A stretch of 64,000 nt of DNA from Dehalococcoidia bacterium (GCA_030740155.1 JASLXV010000032.1:1-64000); one strand, 5' to 3'. Shown: positions 47,484 through 58,148, numbered from the stretch's first letter. Numbers and translations: made by a program. Notes: generated from the sequence alone by a model not told the origin.

Positions 47484-48386
47484 TCACGGGTATATGGCCG
47501 AGCCCACCCGGTCCGTTTCCGCCCGGAACAGATGGCCGTGAACGCTGGTGACGTAAAGGGTGGTCATGCCGGGGCCGCCGAAGCAGCAGTTGGTGGGTTG
47601 CAGGCACGGTACCGGGTGGGTTTCCAGGACCCGGCCGGCCGGAGAGAAGACGTAGATCATGGGACCGGGGCCGGATCGATCCCAGCCGGCAGTGGCGATG
47701 ATATTGCCCTCCGCGTCCAGGCACATGCCGTCGATGCCCCGCTGCACCCCGGCCGAGTCCTTGCCAAAGGAATGCAGCACCAGGTAGGGGCCCAGAGTGC
47801 CGTCGTCGTTTATCGGGTAGGCCCGCAGCTCCCGGTCGATGTCAGCCCGTTCTGAGTTGCTCTCGGCCACGTACAGGGTGCGCTGGTCGCCGGACACGAG
47901 GATGCCGTTGGGCATGGTGGTGTCGAAGGTGACCCGGGTGACCAAGTAGCTGCCATCGGCCTGGGGGTCGGCCCGGAGCACCGAGCGGTGGTTCAGCACT
48001 TCGCGCTCGCTGGGGTCGATATTGACCGCGTTCCAGGGATTGGTGAACCAGATCCTTCCCCGCCGGTCAAAGGCCAGATCGTTGGGGGTGTTCAGTTTCT
48101 CGCCGTTCAGCCGGTCGGCCACTGTGGCGGTGGTCCCGTCGGGGTCGAACCGTACGATGGCGCGCCCTCCGGAGCAGCACCCGAACAATCGCCCCTGGGA
48201 ATCGTAGGCCAGCCCGTTGGTATGGTTGGTCTCGCCCCGCGACTGGGTGATCTCCCCGGTGTTAGGGTTGAGGCGCATGATGCGGTTGGCCGGAATGTGG
48301 GTAAAGTAGATGGCCTCCCCGTCCCAGACTGGGCCCTCGGTTATTCCGCCAAATGGTCTGTGGAGCAATTGGAACTGCCAGCTCAT
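47484..48386 (-). CDS. SMP-30/gluconolactonase/LRE family protein
   Basis: 'TEGPVWDG', 'TNGL', 'NTPNDL', 'PNGI', 'DGMCLDAEGN', 'PTNCCFGG'. Confidence 0.92.
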   Translation of the reverse strand: MSWQFQLLHRPFGGITEGPVWDGEAIYFTHIPANRIMRLNPNTGEITQSRGETNHTNGLAYDSQGRLFGCCSGGRAIVRFDPDGTTATVADRLNGEKLNTPNDLAFDRRGRIWFTNPWNAVNIDPSEREVLNHRSVLRADPQADGSYLVTRVTFDTTMPNGILVSGDQRTLYVAESNSERADIDRELRAYPINDDGTLGPYLVLHSFGKDSAGVQRGIDGMCLDAEGNIIATAGWDRSGPGPMIYVFSPAGRVLETHPVPCLQPTNCCFGGPGMTTLYVTSVHGHLFRAETDRVGSAIYP

Positions 48387-48493
48387 CGCGACGTCCTCCC
48401 GGCAAGATTGTTATTGTGCCCGGCCGGTGGCATCCGGAAGACCGGCCAGGGCAACGGGCCGCTCCGGCCCGGTTATTCCACCGCCATGGTGCG

Positions 48494-48502
48494 TGTTATA
48501 AT
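48494..48502 (+). promoter_or_regulatory. Extended -10 promoter (TGtTATAAT) upstream of lepB
   Basis: Perfect TGnTATAAT in the divergent intergenic region. Confidence 0.55.
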
Positions 48503-48639
48503 TCAACTGGGATGATCTTAACGTGATTTCATGTACCCGCGGGTACACCTGGGTTGCCGCCCAAGGCCACCCGGTGAAGCCAGATCCGAAGCTTGGCTAA
48601 ACCGGTTTCGCCAAACATTTACGCCAAGAAAACATTCCA

Positions 48640-49248
48640 ATGACACGCCTCATCAAAGAGATTGTGGAAGCCGCCATTCTGGCCCTTCTGGTGTTCATGG
48701 TGATCCAGAGCACCGTAAGAAACTTCAGGGTCGACGGTTCCAGCATGCACCCGACCCTGGAGGGGGGCCAGTATCTGCTGGTCAATAAGCTGGTCTATTT
48801 CCAGGTTGACCGGGAGCGCCTGTCCCGGATCATCCCCTTCTGGAAGGTGGACCGGCCCGACGGACGCTTCGCCATTCATCCACCCAAGCGGGGAGAAGTG
48901 ATCGTGTTCCATTTTCCCCAAAACCCCGCAAAAGATTTCGTCAAACGGGTAATCGCCCTTCCCGGTGAAGAGGTGTCGCTCCGGGAGGGCACAGTATACA
49001 TCAATGGAGAACCTCTGGAAGAGACGTGGCAGCCCGCCAAGGACAGATCAACGATGCCACCGGTACGGATCGCGGAAAAGGAGTACTACGTGCTGGGGGA
49101 TAACCGGAGGGCGAGCAACGATTCCCGCTCCTGGGGGGCGGTGCCGGAGGAAAACGTGGTGGGCAAAGTCTGGCTCGTCTATTGGCCCACCTCCGCAACC
49201 CAATGGCTGAACAGCACCGCTTCCGCCGTGGGTGGTCTGTTCCGGTAG
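48640..49248 (+). CDS. lepB: Signal peptidase I
   Basis: TM anchor, 'GSSMHPTL' (Ser), 'FVKRVIALPG' (Lys), 'GDNRRASNDSR'. Confidence 0.95.
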   Translation: MTRLIKEIVEAAILALLVFMVIQSTVRNFRVDGSSMHPTLEGGQYLLVNKLVYFQVDRERLSRIIPFWKVDRPDGRFAIHPPKRGEVIVFHFPQNPAKDFVKRVIALPGEEVSLREGTVYINGEPLEETWQPAKDRSTMPPVRIAEKEYYVLGDNRRASNDSRSWGAVPEENVVGKVWLVYWPTSATQWLNSTASAVGGLFR

Positions 49249-49455
49249 GCCCGCCCGGAGCGGGCGCCGCCGCAACTGACCGGCAAAATGCCACGCTCCG
49301 GGGCCTGTTGGGAGTCGCTTCCAGGTTTCCGGTGGACAGCCCCACCGGCCACCGACTATAATTACCTGCGGCGCCACATGGGATTCTAGACCCGAGGAAC
49401 GGCAGGCCCCGAATGGGTGCCGCCCTGGGTCCGGTTCTAAATGCCGCGCCGTGCT

Positions 49456-49543
49456 GGAGAGGTGCCGGAGCGGCCGAACGGGCGCGACTGGAAATCGCGT
49501 AGGGGTTAACCGCCTCTCGCGGGTTCGAATCCCGCCCTCTCCG
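49456..49543 (+). tRNA. tRNA-Ser (GGA)
   Basis: Acceptor GGAGAGG/CCTCTCC, anticodon arm CGCGA-CT-GGA-AA-TCGCG, long variable arm, GGTTCGAATCC T-loop, G discriminator; full CCA not encoded; TATAAT at 49357. Confidence 0.95.
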
Positions 49544-49757
49544 CCGTACCGCCTTTAACGTCTCATCCGGATTTCGAGCCCATAACCGCCCCCGGTCCCC
49601 CCGGATCCACGTCTTTGCGAAACCATCTCTAACCGTGGCTCGCCGCCGCCACCGCGTCGTGTAGTGGAATTCCAGGTCCCTTCTTCTTTCGAAAGCCTCA
49701 AGACGGCTTTGCCGGACCGGAAATCGAGGTTGCTGCCGGAAGGGAAGTCGCTCCGGG

Positions 49758-50759
49758 TCAGAGCCCCTTGGCCGGGTACAGCTCCGGATTCGCGCAGTGC
49801 TCCAGCCGCTCCCCCTTGAGCCCGGCGACCAGGTTGCGGGCGGCCACCAGGCACATCTCGCGTCGGGAGGCGATGGACGCACTCCCGATGTGAGGGGTGA
49901 TGATGATGTTGTCCAGGGTCAGCAGCGGGTCGTCGGGGGAAATCGGTTCCGGGTCGGTGACGTCCAGGGCCGCGGCCCGAATCCACCGCTCGCTGAGGGC
50001 GGTGTAGAGGGCTTTCGAGTCTACCACCGGGCCCCGGGCCATGTTGATGAGGATGGCGGTGGGCTTCATCATGCGTATTTCCCGCTCACTGATGAAATGC
50101 CGGGTTTCCGGCGTCAGCGGCACGTGCAACGAGATGAAGTCGGCCGTGCTCAGGACCGTGGGCGGATCGGCAAACACCAGGCCGTACCGCTCCTCTAGGT
50201 CTGGCTTGCGGGTGCGGGAGTAGTAGACCACCTTCATATCGAAGCCCCGGGCCCGTTTCGCCATTTCCAGGCCGATCTGGCCCAGGCCCACGATCCCCAG
50301 GGTGGAGTCGTGGACCTCGGCGCCCAACCAGTACATTGGATGAAACTGCATTTCCCAGCGGCCGGCCCGCACCCACCGGTCGGACTCGCCGATGCGGCGC
50401 GCGGCCGACAGCAGCAGCGCGAACCCAACGTCCGCCGTGGCCTTGGACAGGACCCCCGGGGTGTAGCCCACCAGGATGCGGTGCCGCGACGCCTCGACCA
50501 CGTCGATGTTGTCCAGTCCCACGGCCAGTTGGCTGATGACCTTGAGCTGGGGGGCCTGGTCCATCAATGAAGCGTCCACCCGGTCCATGATGTTGGTCAG
50601 CACTCCATCCACTTTCGATACCCGTTCGGCGAGGTCTTGCGGGCTGGGTGGAGACTCGCCGGGCCACACGTCCAACTGGGCCTCCCCGGCGATCAGCTCC
50701 AGGGCTTCCGGAAAGATCTGGCGAGTGACGAACGCCCGGAGATTGGGCATGGTGGCCAC
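49758..50759 (-). CDS. D-2-hydroxyacid dehydrogenase (glyoxylate/hydroxypyruvate reductase-like)
   Basis: 'AVGLDNID', 'GIVGLGQIG', 'INMARG', 'LDVTDPEP', 'PHIGSAS'. Confidence 0.93.
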   Translation of the reverse strand: MATMPNLRAFVTRQIFPEALELIAGEAQLDVWPGESPPSPQDLAERVSKVDGVLTNIMDRVDASLMDQAPQLKVISQLAVGLDNIDVVEASRHRILVGYTPGVLSKATADVGFALLLSAARRIGESDRWVRAGRWEMQFHPMYWLGAEVHDSTLGIVGLGQIGLEMAKRARGFDMKVVYYSRTRKPDLEERYGLVFADPPTVLSTADFISLHVPLTPETRHFISEREIRMMKPTAILINMARGPVVDSKALYTALSERWIRAAALDVTDPEPISPDDPLLTLDNIIITPHIGSASIASRREMCLVAARNLVAGLKGERLEHCANPELYPAKGL

Positions 50760-51178
50760 CTTTCTCCTGGTGGTGGGATTCTCGATAGCAGCGGTTGGCG
50801 GCAGGTTTCGCCGACGCGGCGGGTGTTGGCAGGTGCCGCCATGCTACCGGATGGCAGTAGGTTTCGCAATTGTAGCTGATGGCAGCGGGTTTCGCCAACG
50901 TGGCGGCCGACGCTTTGGCCGACGTTTCGCTTTTGCAGCCGCCCGCCCGCCCGCCGTTTTCCAGTTGTGGGCATGATGATATACTTGGTGGCCGGTCCAA
51001 AAAGCGGCGGTTGCCCTTCTCTCCCACTCTTCAGTCGGTAATTCCGGGGGCGAGATGCGGGCGGACGGGGCCTCTTCGAGGGCGCTGATATCATAACCCC
51101 GGCGCTTGGCAGAGGGGAGCAGCCACCGCAATCTCCGCGGTGGGTGGCCGGAGCTAACCCTATTCTCTGGAGGACGGG

Positions 51179-52138
51179 ATGACCCTGTTTTTGAGCGAAA
51201 AAGAGGTGGTTCAACTGCTGCCCATGGGGGAGTGTATCCAGGCGCTCGACGAAGCCTTCGCCCACGCCGGAGCCGGCCAGACGGAGCTGAGGCCCCGCTC
51301 CCGCATTCGTATGCCCAACGGCTTCTTCCACTTCATGGCGGCGGCGGACGCCGGCCACCGGGTCTTCGGCTACAAGGCCTATCCCTCCTTCTCTGGGCCC
51401 AAGGGCAGCAAGAATATCGTTAACCTTTTCGACTTCGACACCGGCGAGCTGCTGGCCTGTATGGAAGGTGGGCGGCTGGGCCAGATTCGCACCGGGGCCG
51501 CCTCCGGCCTGGCTACCCAGTACATGGCCCGAGAGGGAGCCGCCAGCGTGGGCGTCATCGGCTCCGGCTTTCAGGCCCGTACTCAGCTGGAGGCGGTGTG
51601 CGCGGTCCGGACCATCCGCCAGGCGCGGGTCTTCAGCCGGCGCCAGGAGCGGCGGGAAGAGTTCGCGACCAAGATGAGCCAACAGTTGGGGCTAGAGGTG
51701 GTGGCGGTGGATAGCGCGGCGGCCTGCGTCGACGGCGTCGAGATCGTCGTGGCCGTCACCTCGGCCCGAGAACCGGTGTTGGAAGGCGAGTGGCTGGCTC
51801 CGGGCGCCCACGTCAACGCCGCCGGCGGCAACCACTGGATGCGCCGGGAAGTCGATGAGGCCGTGGTGACCCGGTCCGGGATAATCGTGGTGGACGACCT
51901 GGAACAGGCCAAGGCGGAGTGCGGCGACCTGATCTGGCCGGAGGCCAGGGGGAGACTCCGCTGGGACCAGGCCCACGAGCTTCAGGACGTGGTCGCGGGC
52001 CGGGTGCCGGGCCGGCCTTCCGAAGATGCCATTACCCTGTTCGAGTCCCAGGGAGTGGCCCTGGAGGACATAGCGGCGGCCCAGTTGGTCTACCGCAAGG
52101 CTAAAGAACAGGGCATCGGCCAGGAGTTGCCTTTCTAG
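51179..52138 (+). CDS. Ornithine cyclodeaminase / mu-crystallin family protein
   Basis: 'RTGAASGLA', 'IGSGFQA', 'GAHVNA', 'FESQGVALED'. Confidence 0.92.
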   Translation: MTLFLSEKEVVQLLPMGECIQALDEAFAHAGAGQTELRPRSRIRMPNGFFHFMAAADAGHRVFGYKAYPSFSGPKGSKNIVNLFDFDTGELLACMEGGRLGQIRTGAASGLATQYMAREGAASVGVIGSGFQARTQLEAVCAVRTIRQARVFSRRQERREEFATKMSQQLGLEVVAVDSAAACVDGVEIVVAVTSAREPVLEGEWLAPGAHVNAAGGNHWMRREVDEAVVTRSGIIVVDDLEQAKAECGDLIWPEARGRLRWDQAHELQDVVAGRVPGRPSEDAITLFESQGVALEDIAAAQLVYRKAKEQGIGQELPF

Positions 52139-52257
52139 GCGCGGCAAGCAACCGGGAGCGCAGGGTCAGTTCCCCCTCCCGAATTCACCCAATCAGACAT
52201 AATCAAGCGGCCCCGCGAACTTGGCCCCACTTTGGACGACAACGTTCCCCGGCCTGC

Positions 52258-53646
52258 CTACAGACCCAGCTTGCCGGGATTCATGATGTTGGCCGGGTCC
52301 AGGGTCTGCTTCAACGCCTTCAGGACATCGTGCCCCACGCCCATCTCCCGCGCCAGCAGGTGGTTGAGCTTCACCCCGACCCCGTGGCAGTACTCCATCA
52401 CGCCGCCCATGTCTTGAGCCAGGGACAAGACATGCTCCACCACCCGGGCCAGGTTGTCACGGAAGCCGCCGCCGGCGCCGGGTTCGGCCACCAGCAGCAT
52501 GGAAAACAGCTCCGGACGGCTCCAGATGGAGTACTCGGTGACCCTCACGCCGCTGCCGGCCATGATCTCGCCGCATCGCCTCCGGTATTCCAGCACCTTG
52601 GAGATGGGTAAGCTCAGGTGCAGGTAATCGAAGGCGTGCTGGCCCATCCGGTCCCAGCGGACCTGGCGCGGCAATCCCAGGGCGGTGCTCTTGTAGGTCA
52701 GCCCTGACTGGTGGCGGTCCTTCCAGTAGGCCAGCGTCGGCCCCGAGCCGGTGGCCCGGCCCTCGAAACCCAGGCAGACCTGCATCGACCGCTGCTCCTG
52801 GGCCGCTACTCCCTCCCGGAAGCCCTCGAAGAGAAGGAATAGTTGAATGCCATCGTCCTCCTCGGTCAGGTCGAACAGGGCCGGGCGAATCCCCAGGGCC
52901 AGCAGCTCGGCGGCGGCGGCGAACCCCTGGTCGAAGCTATCGAAAGAGGCGGAGACGAAGGCCTGGGCTTCCGGAACCCGGTAGACTTGGACCGTGGCCT
53001 TGGTGATGATGCCGAAGACGCCCTCGGCGCCGATAAACAGGTGGTTCAGGTTGGGGCCCGAGGAGTACTTGGGCACCGGCCGGGTGGCCATGACCCGGCC
53101 GTCGGGCAGCACCACCTCCAGCGCCACGACCTGTTGCCCCATTGGACCGTGGGCCGCCGCGCGGTAGCCCACCCCGTTGGTCGAGATGGCCCCGCCGACG
53201 GTGGCGATGGGAAGGCTGTACGGGTCGTGGCCGGGCATGAGGCCGCGTTCCGCCAGCTTCTCCTCCAGGTCTTGCAGCACCAGGCCCGCTTCGACCTCGG
53301 CGGTCAGGTCGGTGGGATTGATCGAGAGAACCCGGTTCATCCTTCCCAGGTCGACGATGATGCCGCCCCGCACCGGGATGGTGCCGCCCATGACACCGGT
53401 GCCACCCCCGTAGGGGACCAGCGGCGTCTGCTGCCGGACGGCCAGGGCCACGATCTCCGATACCTCTTTGGTCGAGTTGGGCCGGACCACGGCGTCGGCC
53501 AGCCGGTCGAAGGCCCCCTCGGCGCCAAAGGCCCGGAAGGGGGTCAAGGCGTCGGCGGAATACCGGTCGAGGTCGTAGGGGCCGGTCAGCAGGTTGGCCT
53601 GCCCGACGATATCGGCGAGGGATTGGGTGGTTAAGCTATCCAGCAC
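52258..53646 (-). CDS. FAD-binding oxidoreductase (GlcD/alkyl-DHAP-synthase-like, VAO family)
   Basis: 'PYGGGTG', 'ATVGGAISTNG', 'FIGAEGVFGIIT', 'HGVG', 'LDPANIMNPGK'. Confidence 0.9.
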   Translation of the reverse strand: MLDSLTTQSLADIVGQANLLTGPYDLDRYSADALTPFRAFGAEGAFDRLADAVVRPNSTKEVSEIVALAVRQQTPLVPYGGGTGVMGGTIPVRGGIIVDLGRMNRVLSINPTDLTAEVEAGLVLQDLEEKLAERGLMPGHDPYSLPIATVGGAISTNGVGYRAAAHGPMGQQVVALEVVLPDGRVMATRPVPKYSSGPNLNHLFIGAEGVFGIITKATVQVYRVPEAQAFVSASFDSFDQGFAAAAELLALGIRPALFDLTEEDDGIQLFLLFEGFREGVAAQEQRSMQVCLGFEGRATGSGPTLAYWKDRHQSGLTYKSTALGLPRQVRWDRMGQHAFDYLHLSLPISKVLEYRRRCGEIMAGSGVRVTEYSIWSRPELFSMLLVAEPGAGGGFRDNLARVVEHVLSLAQDMGGVMEYCHGVGVKLNHLLAREMGVGHDVLKALKQTLDPANIMNPGKLGL

Positions 53647-53715
53647 GGGCTTCCCGGTTGCTCTTGAGCGGGCTGCTTATTGATCCTGGGTCTAAAACGA
53701 AGGGCCGGAACCTTG

Positions 53716-55086
53716 TTACTGGGGCCGGAACTGCCACTGGGCCCCCTCGGGGGTGTCCTCCACCGTCACTCCGTGGCGGTCCAGGCCTTCCCGAATCTGG
53801 TCGGCCAGGGCGTATTGCTTGGCCTTCCGCAGCTCGGCGCGGGTGTCCAGCAGAAGCTGGATGAAGGGCTCGGCCACCGGACGGTCTCCGTCTTCCGGGG
53901 CCAGGTCTTTGAAGGTCAGCCCCAAGAGGCCGCCCAGGTTGCGGAGGCAGTCCTGAGCGGCGGTGACGTCCTTCACGGCGCAGTAGCGGTTGATCTCCCG
54001 GGACAGGTCGAAGAGTGCGGCCACGGCCCGCGGCGTGTTCAGGTCGTCGTCCATCGCCTCGAAGAACCGCTGTTGAAAGGAGCTTGGGTCCAGGGGTTCG
54101 GCGCCCCCGCTGGGTCTGTCGAGGGCTTCTCGGAGGCGTCCCATGCCCCGTTGGGTGGCGGCACAGTCATCGTCGCTGTAGGATAGCCGGCTGCGGTAGT
54201 GGGAGCCGAGGAAGTAGAGGCGAATGGAATCGGGGTCGAAGCGATCCAGGGCTTCCTCCACCGATACCAGGTTGCCCAGGCTCTTGCTCATCTTGTCCCG
54301 GCCCAGTTGGAGCAGCCCGTTGTGGACCCAGTGGCGGGAGAAGGGCTCCCGGCCGGTGAAAGCTTCGCTCTGGGCGATCTCGTTCTCATGGTGGGGAAAG
54401 ATCAGGTCCGCGCCGCCGCCGTGGATGTCCAGCTCTTCGCCCAGATAAGTCAGCGACATGCTGGTGCACTCGATGTGCCAGCCGGGGCGTCCCAGACCCC
54501 AGGGGCTGTCCCACGCCGGCTCTCCCGGCTTGGCCCCCTTCCACAGCACGAAATCCATGGGGTTTTCTTTCTGCCGGTCCACTTCCACCCTGGCGCCGGC
54601 CATCATGCCGTCCAGGGTGCGGTGGCTCAGCTTGCCGTAGCCCTCGCCTCGGGCGACCCGAAAGTAGACGTCGCTCCCGGATTGGTAGGCGTAGTCCTTG
54701 TCCACCAGGCCCTCGATGGTGGCGATGATGGGCGTGATCTCCTGGGTGGCCCGAGGATAGACATGGGCGCGCTGAATGTTGAGGGCGTCCATGGTGTGGT
54801 AGAACTCGTCGATGTACTGGTCGGCCAGTTCCTCAACGCCCATGCCCCGTTCCTGGGCCCTCTGGATTATCTTGTCGTCCACGTCGGTGAAGTTCTGAAC
54901 GTGGCGCACCGAGTATCCCAGGTACTCCAGGTACCGGCGCAGCACGTCGAAGACAACGTAGCTGAGGGCGTGGCCCACGTGGGTGGACGAGTAGGGAGTA
55001 ACACCGCAGACGTACATCTTGACGTTCTTTCCGTCCGCGGGGGTGAATTCTTGGGCGGTACCGGCCAGGGTGTTGTAAAGCCTCAT
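53716..55086 (-). CDS. cysS: Cysteine--tRNA ligase
   Basis: Start ATG 55086 'MRLYNTL'; 'YVCGVT..HVGH', 'GRPGWHIEC', 'HHENE', 'KMSKS'. Confidence 0.97.
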   Translation of the reverse strand: MRLYNTLAGTAQEFTPADGKNVKMYVCGVTPYSSTHVGHALSYVVFDVLRRYLEYLGYSVRHVQNFTDVDDKIIQRAQERGMGVEELADQYIDEFYHTMDALNIQRAHVYPRATQEITPIIATIEGLVDKDYAYQSGSDVYFRVARGEGYGKLSHRTLDGMMAGARVEVDRQKENPMDFVLWKGAKPGEPAWDSPWGLGRPGWHIECTSMSLTYLGEELDIHGGGADLIFPHHENEIAQSEAFTGREPFSRHWVHNGLLQLGRDKMSKSLGNLVSVEEALDRFDPDSIRLYFLGSHYRSRLSYSDDDCAATQRGMGRLREALDRPSGGAEPLDPSSFQQRFFEAMDDDLNTPRAVAALFDLSREINRYCAVKDVTAAQDCLRNLGGLLGLTFKDLAPEDGDRPVAEPFIQLLLDTRAELRKAKQYALADQIREGLDRHGVTVEDTPEGAQWQFRPQ

Positions 55087-55583
55087 AGCTCCGTTACTAG
55101 TGATGCTACCGCGCAAGCGGCGATGCCCTCTTCTCTGCCGATGAACCCCAGGTAATCGGTGGTGGTGGCCTTGATGCCGACGCGTGCCGGGGGTATCGAG
55201 AGGGCCGTGCCCGCCTGGTCTCGCATGGTCTGAACAAAGGTTCCAAGCCTGGGTTTTTGCGCCAGTATTGTAGCATCGACGTTGGATATGCGCCAACCAT
55301 CGGCCCGGACCATCTCCGCCACCGTGGACAGGAGGAGCAAGCTGGAAATGTCCTTGTACCGGGGGTCGGTGGACGGGAACTGGGAGCCCTTGTCCCTCAG
55401 GCCGGCGGCCCCCAGCAAGGCGTCCATCATGGCGTGCACCAGAACATCGCCGTCGCTGTGGCCGGCCAGTCCCAGGTGGTGGGGGATGTGGACCCCGCCC
55501 AGCACCAACCGGCGGCCGGACACCAGGGGGTGGGAGTCGAAGCCGATGCCCACCCGGAAGTCGAACGGTGTTCTTTCAGGCAT
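55083..55583 (-). CDS. ispF: 2-C-methyl-D-erythritol 2,4-cyclodiphosphate synthase
   Basis: 'RVGIGFDSH', 'GHSDGDV', 'IKATT', 'GREEGIA'. Confidence 0.96.
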   Translation of the reverse strand: MPERTPFDFRVGIGFDSHPLVSGRRLVLGGVHIPHHLGLAGHSDGDVLVHAMMDALLGAAGLRDKGSQFPSTDPRYKDISSLLLLSTVAEMVRADGWRISNVDATILAQKPRLGTFVQTMRDQAGTALSIPPARVGIKATTTDYLGFIGREEGIAACAVASLVTEL

Positions 55584-55640
55584 GTCGTGAGGCCCGGTGT
55601 GTCATGTCCGGGGTGTCATGTATTGAACGAATCGCAGATA

Positions 55641-55894
55641 TTCTCGTGTCAAGTTTCTCATTGGGCCTTTATTCATGTCATTCTGAGGCCAGGTGGAACT
55701 GGGGCGAGGAATCTCAGGCCGAGATTGTGAACCGGGCTCGGGCTCGCGCCGGCGGGAGGTCGCGTATCTGTAGCCCGTACCGGACAGGACCTGAGGCCCC
55801 TTGCTCTGCTCGGTGTGACGTGGAAGAGGCCGGCGCCGGCGGCCCCTCGCCTCGCTGGGGGTGACATCCTGTAACGATCAAGTTGACTGAGCAC
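55641..55894. mobile_element. Degenerate MITE/REP-like element family B between ispD and ispF
   Basis: Right end AAGTTGACTGAGCAC (reverse complement GTGCTCAGTCAACTT, matching the family B end); internal GTCATTCTGAG...GAGGAATCTC and ...GGGGTGACA motifs; left end uncertain. Confidence 0.5.
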
Positions 55895-55977
55895 AAGCCT
55901 GGGGTGACGTTCAAGCAAATTGCACCTGAGACCCTTCGCTCTACACGGGGTGGCATTCAAGAAGCTTGCCCATCGGG

Positions 55978-56718
55978 TTAGATAGGGACGCCGGCCCGAG
56001 TTTGCAGGAACGTTGCGGCTATGGCCAAGTCTTCAGGGGTGGTCACTTTCAGGTTCTCGTAGGAGCCGCGAAACATCCTTACCGGGTGGCCCATGCTTTC
56101 CACCAGGGCCGCGTCGTCGGTCACCGTTTGGGCGCAGTTCTGGTGGGCTTCCAACAGCAGGTCATAGCGGAAAACCTGGGGGGTTTGAGCGGCCCAGAGG
56201 CGCGCCCTCGATGGGGTATCCGTCACCAAGCGCCGGGGTGACACCACCTTGATGGTGTCCTTGACCGGCACCCCGGCCGCCGAGGCCCCGGACTTTCGGG
56301 CCGCTTTCAGGCCCCGGCGCAGCATCGGCCGGTCCAGGCAGGGCCGGGCCCCGTCGTGGATGATGACCCAGTCGCAGGGGTTGAGGAACTCCAGGCCGCA
56401 CCGAACCGAGTCCTGGCGGCGGGGCCCGCCGGCGCAGACCCGGGAAACCTTGCGGTAGGCGCGCTCCCGCACCAGGCTGCTCCCTTGCTCCAGGGAACCT
56501 TGGTCCAGCACCAGGACTATCTCCGTCACCGGAGGGAAAGCCTCGAGGACATCCAGGGCGTAGGCAATCAGGGGCGCTCCCAGGACCGGGGCGAAGATCT
56601 TGTCGACACCGCCCATGCGGCTGCTGCTGCCGGCGGCCACCACCACCACTCCCATGGTATCGCCCTTCTCAAGGCCGGGGGGCTGTTCGTGAAACGCGGC
56701 CACGGACGGCTCAGCCAC
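55978..56718 (-). CDS. ispD: 2-C-methyl-D-erythritol 4-phosphate cytidylyltransferase
   Basis: 'AAGSSSRMG..K', 'RQDSV', 'HDGARP', 'QTPQ', 'TDD', 'NLKVTTPED'. Confidence 0.96.
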   Translation of the reverse strand: MAEPSVAAFHEQPPGLEKGDTMGVVVVAAGSSSRMGGVDKIFAPVLGAPLIAYALDVLEAFPPVTEIVLVLDQGSLEQGSSLVRERAYRKVSRVCAGGPRRQDSVRCGLEFLNPCDWVIIHDGARPCLDRPMLRRGLKAARKSGASAAGVPVKDTIKVVSPRRLVTDTPSRARLWAAQTPQVFRYDLLLEAHQNCAQTVTDDAALVESMGHPVRMFRGSYENLKVTTPEDLAIAATFLQTRAGVPI

Positions 56719-57760
56719 CCTTGGGCTGGGCGAAGATGATCCGCCCGGCGGCGGTCTGGAGCACCCGGGTCACCATCACGTCATGGTAGGCGTTGAGGTA
56801 GCGCCGGCCCCCTTCGACCACCACCATCGTCCCGTCGTCCAGATACGCTACTCCTTGGCCCACCTCTTTCCCTTCCTGGACGATGTTGACCCGCATCTCC
56901 TCGCCGGGCAGGACGATGGACTTGAGGGCGTTGGCCAGCTCGTTGACGTTCAACACCTGCACGCCCTGAAGCTCGGCCACGCGGTTGAGGTTGTAATCGG
57001 TGGTCAGGATGGGGGACTTCATCGTCCGGGCCAGTTGGACCAGCCGTGAGTCCACCTCGTCGCCGCCGCTGACCCCCACGTCCAGCACCTCCATGGGAAT
57101 GGTGTTGTCCTTGCGCAGGCGGCCCAAGACCTCGAGGCCCCGGCGGCCCCGGTTGCGCCGGAGGGGGTCACTGGAGTCGGCGATGTGGCGCAGTTCGTCC
57201 AAAATGAACCGGGGCACCACCAGGATGCCCTCCAGGAACCCGGTGATGCTCAGGTCGGCGATACGCCCGTCGATGATGGCGCTGGTATCGACCAGGATAC
57301 TCCCGTTACGGGATAGCCGGCCGGTCGTGTTGGTGGACTCCAGGGCGGGGAATATGGCTTGCAAATCCCGTCTACGGGCCACCCCGAGCCACAGGCCGCA
57401 TAGCCCCAGGATGAGGCTGACGATGACGGGCACGCCCCAGCCTTTCCAGCCATCCAGGCTGTACAGGGGGATGGATACCAGGGAAGCCACCACCAGACCC
57501 ACCAGCAATCCGACGGTGCCGGCGATCAGCGAGGACCCCGGAATGGAATCGAGGTAATCGGCGACCTTGCGCCAGGGTTTAATGGTCAGGTAGGGCGCCA
57601 GAAAGGCCCCTATGGGCAAGCCGGTGAGGGTTAGCGCCAACCCCCAGGGTAAGAACCGCTCTTCATCGTAGGATAATTCCGAAATAAATGCGCCAAGTCT
57701 CCAGCCAAGAACCCCGAATCCTCCGGCGCCCAGCGCTCTGAGCGTCAAAAGGGCAACCAC
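56711..57760 (-). CDS. PIN/TRAM domain membrane protein (YacL-like)
   Basis: N-terminal TM helices, 'DTSAIIDGRI', 'TTDYNLN', 'GVAYLDDGTMVVVE', 'QTAAGRIIFA'; usual position upstream of ispD. Confidence 0.93.
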   Translation of the reverse strand: MVALLTLRALGAGGFGVLGWRLGAFISELSYDEERFLPWGLALTLTGLPIGAFLAPYLTIKPWRKVADYLDSIPGSSLIAGTVGLLVGLVVASLVSIPLYSLDGWKGWGVPVIVSLILGLCGLWLGVARRRDLQAIFPALESTNTTGRLSRNGSILVDTSAIIDGRIADLSITGFLEGILVVPRFILDELRHIADSSDPLRRNRGRRGLEVLGRLRKDNTIPMEVLDVGVSGGDEVDSRLVQLARTMKSPILTTDYNLNRVAELQGVQVLNVNELANALKSIVLPGEEMRVNIVQEGKEVGQGVAYLDDGTMVVVEGGRRYLNAYHDVMVTRVLQTAAGRIIFAQPKGG

Positions 57761-58148
57761 GGGTCCTCACCTCCTTTCCAGCGGCCGTTTCGCGGAAAAA
57801 CGGCACCGGCCGTCGGGCGGGACATTCGCCCCCCTCGGGTGGATTAAGGCCCCTACCCGGGCCGTCCCCCAATTGGGCCGCGACGGAGCGGGGACACCCC
57901 CCGCCGGCCGGGTCCGGATTCTACCCTCCCACCGGCGGTTACGGGCACGAATTTGCCTTGCCGATGGGGCTACCCCACCACTCTGAGCATAACATAATCG
58001 GCAAAATTCCGGAAGATTGGGCCACGCCGGCGGAACCCGGCCGGATCCACCCCGTCTCTACCTTGTGACCGGCGGGGACCAGGTAGTGGATGGCCGGTTC
58101 CAAACCGCCCGGATTGGCGATAGCCGGGGCCGGCGGCCGGTTGGTCTG

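Noticed and set aside
49456..49760. tRNA-Ser as island integration site, or as tRNA-Sec
   Set aside because: No integrase or repeated tRNA 3' end seen in the window; anticodon is GGA, not TCA.
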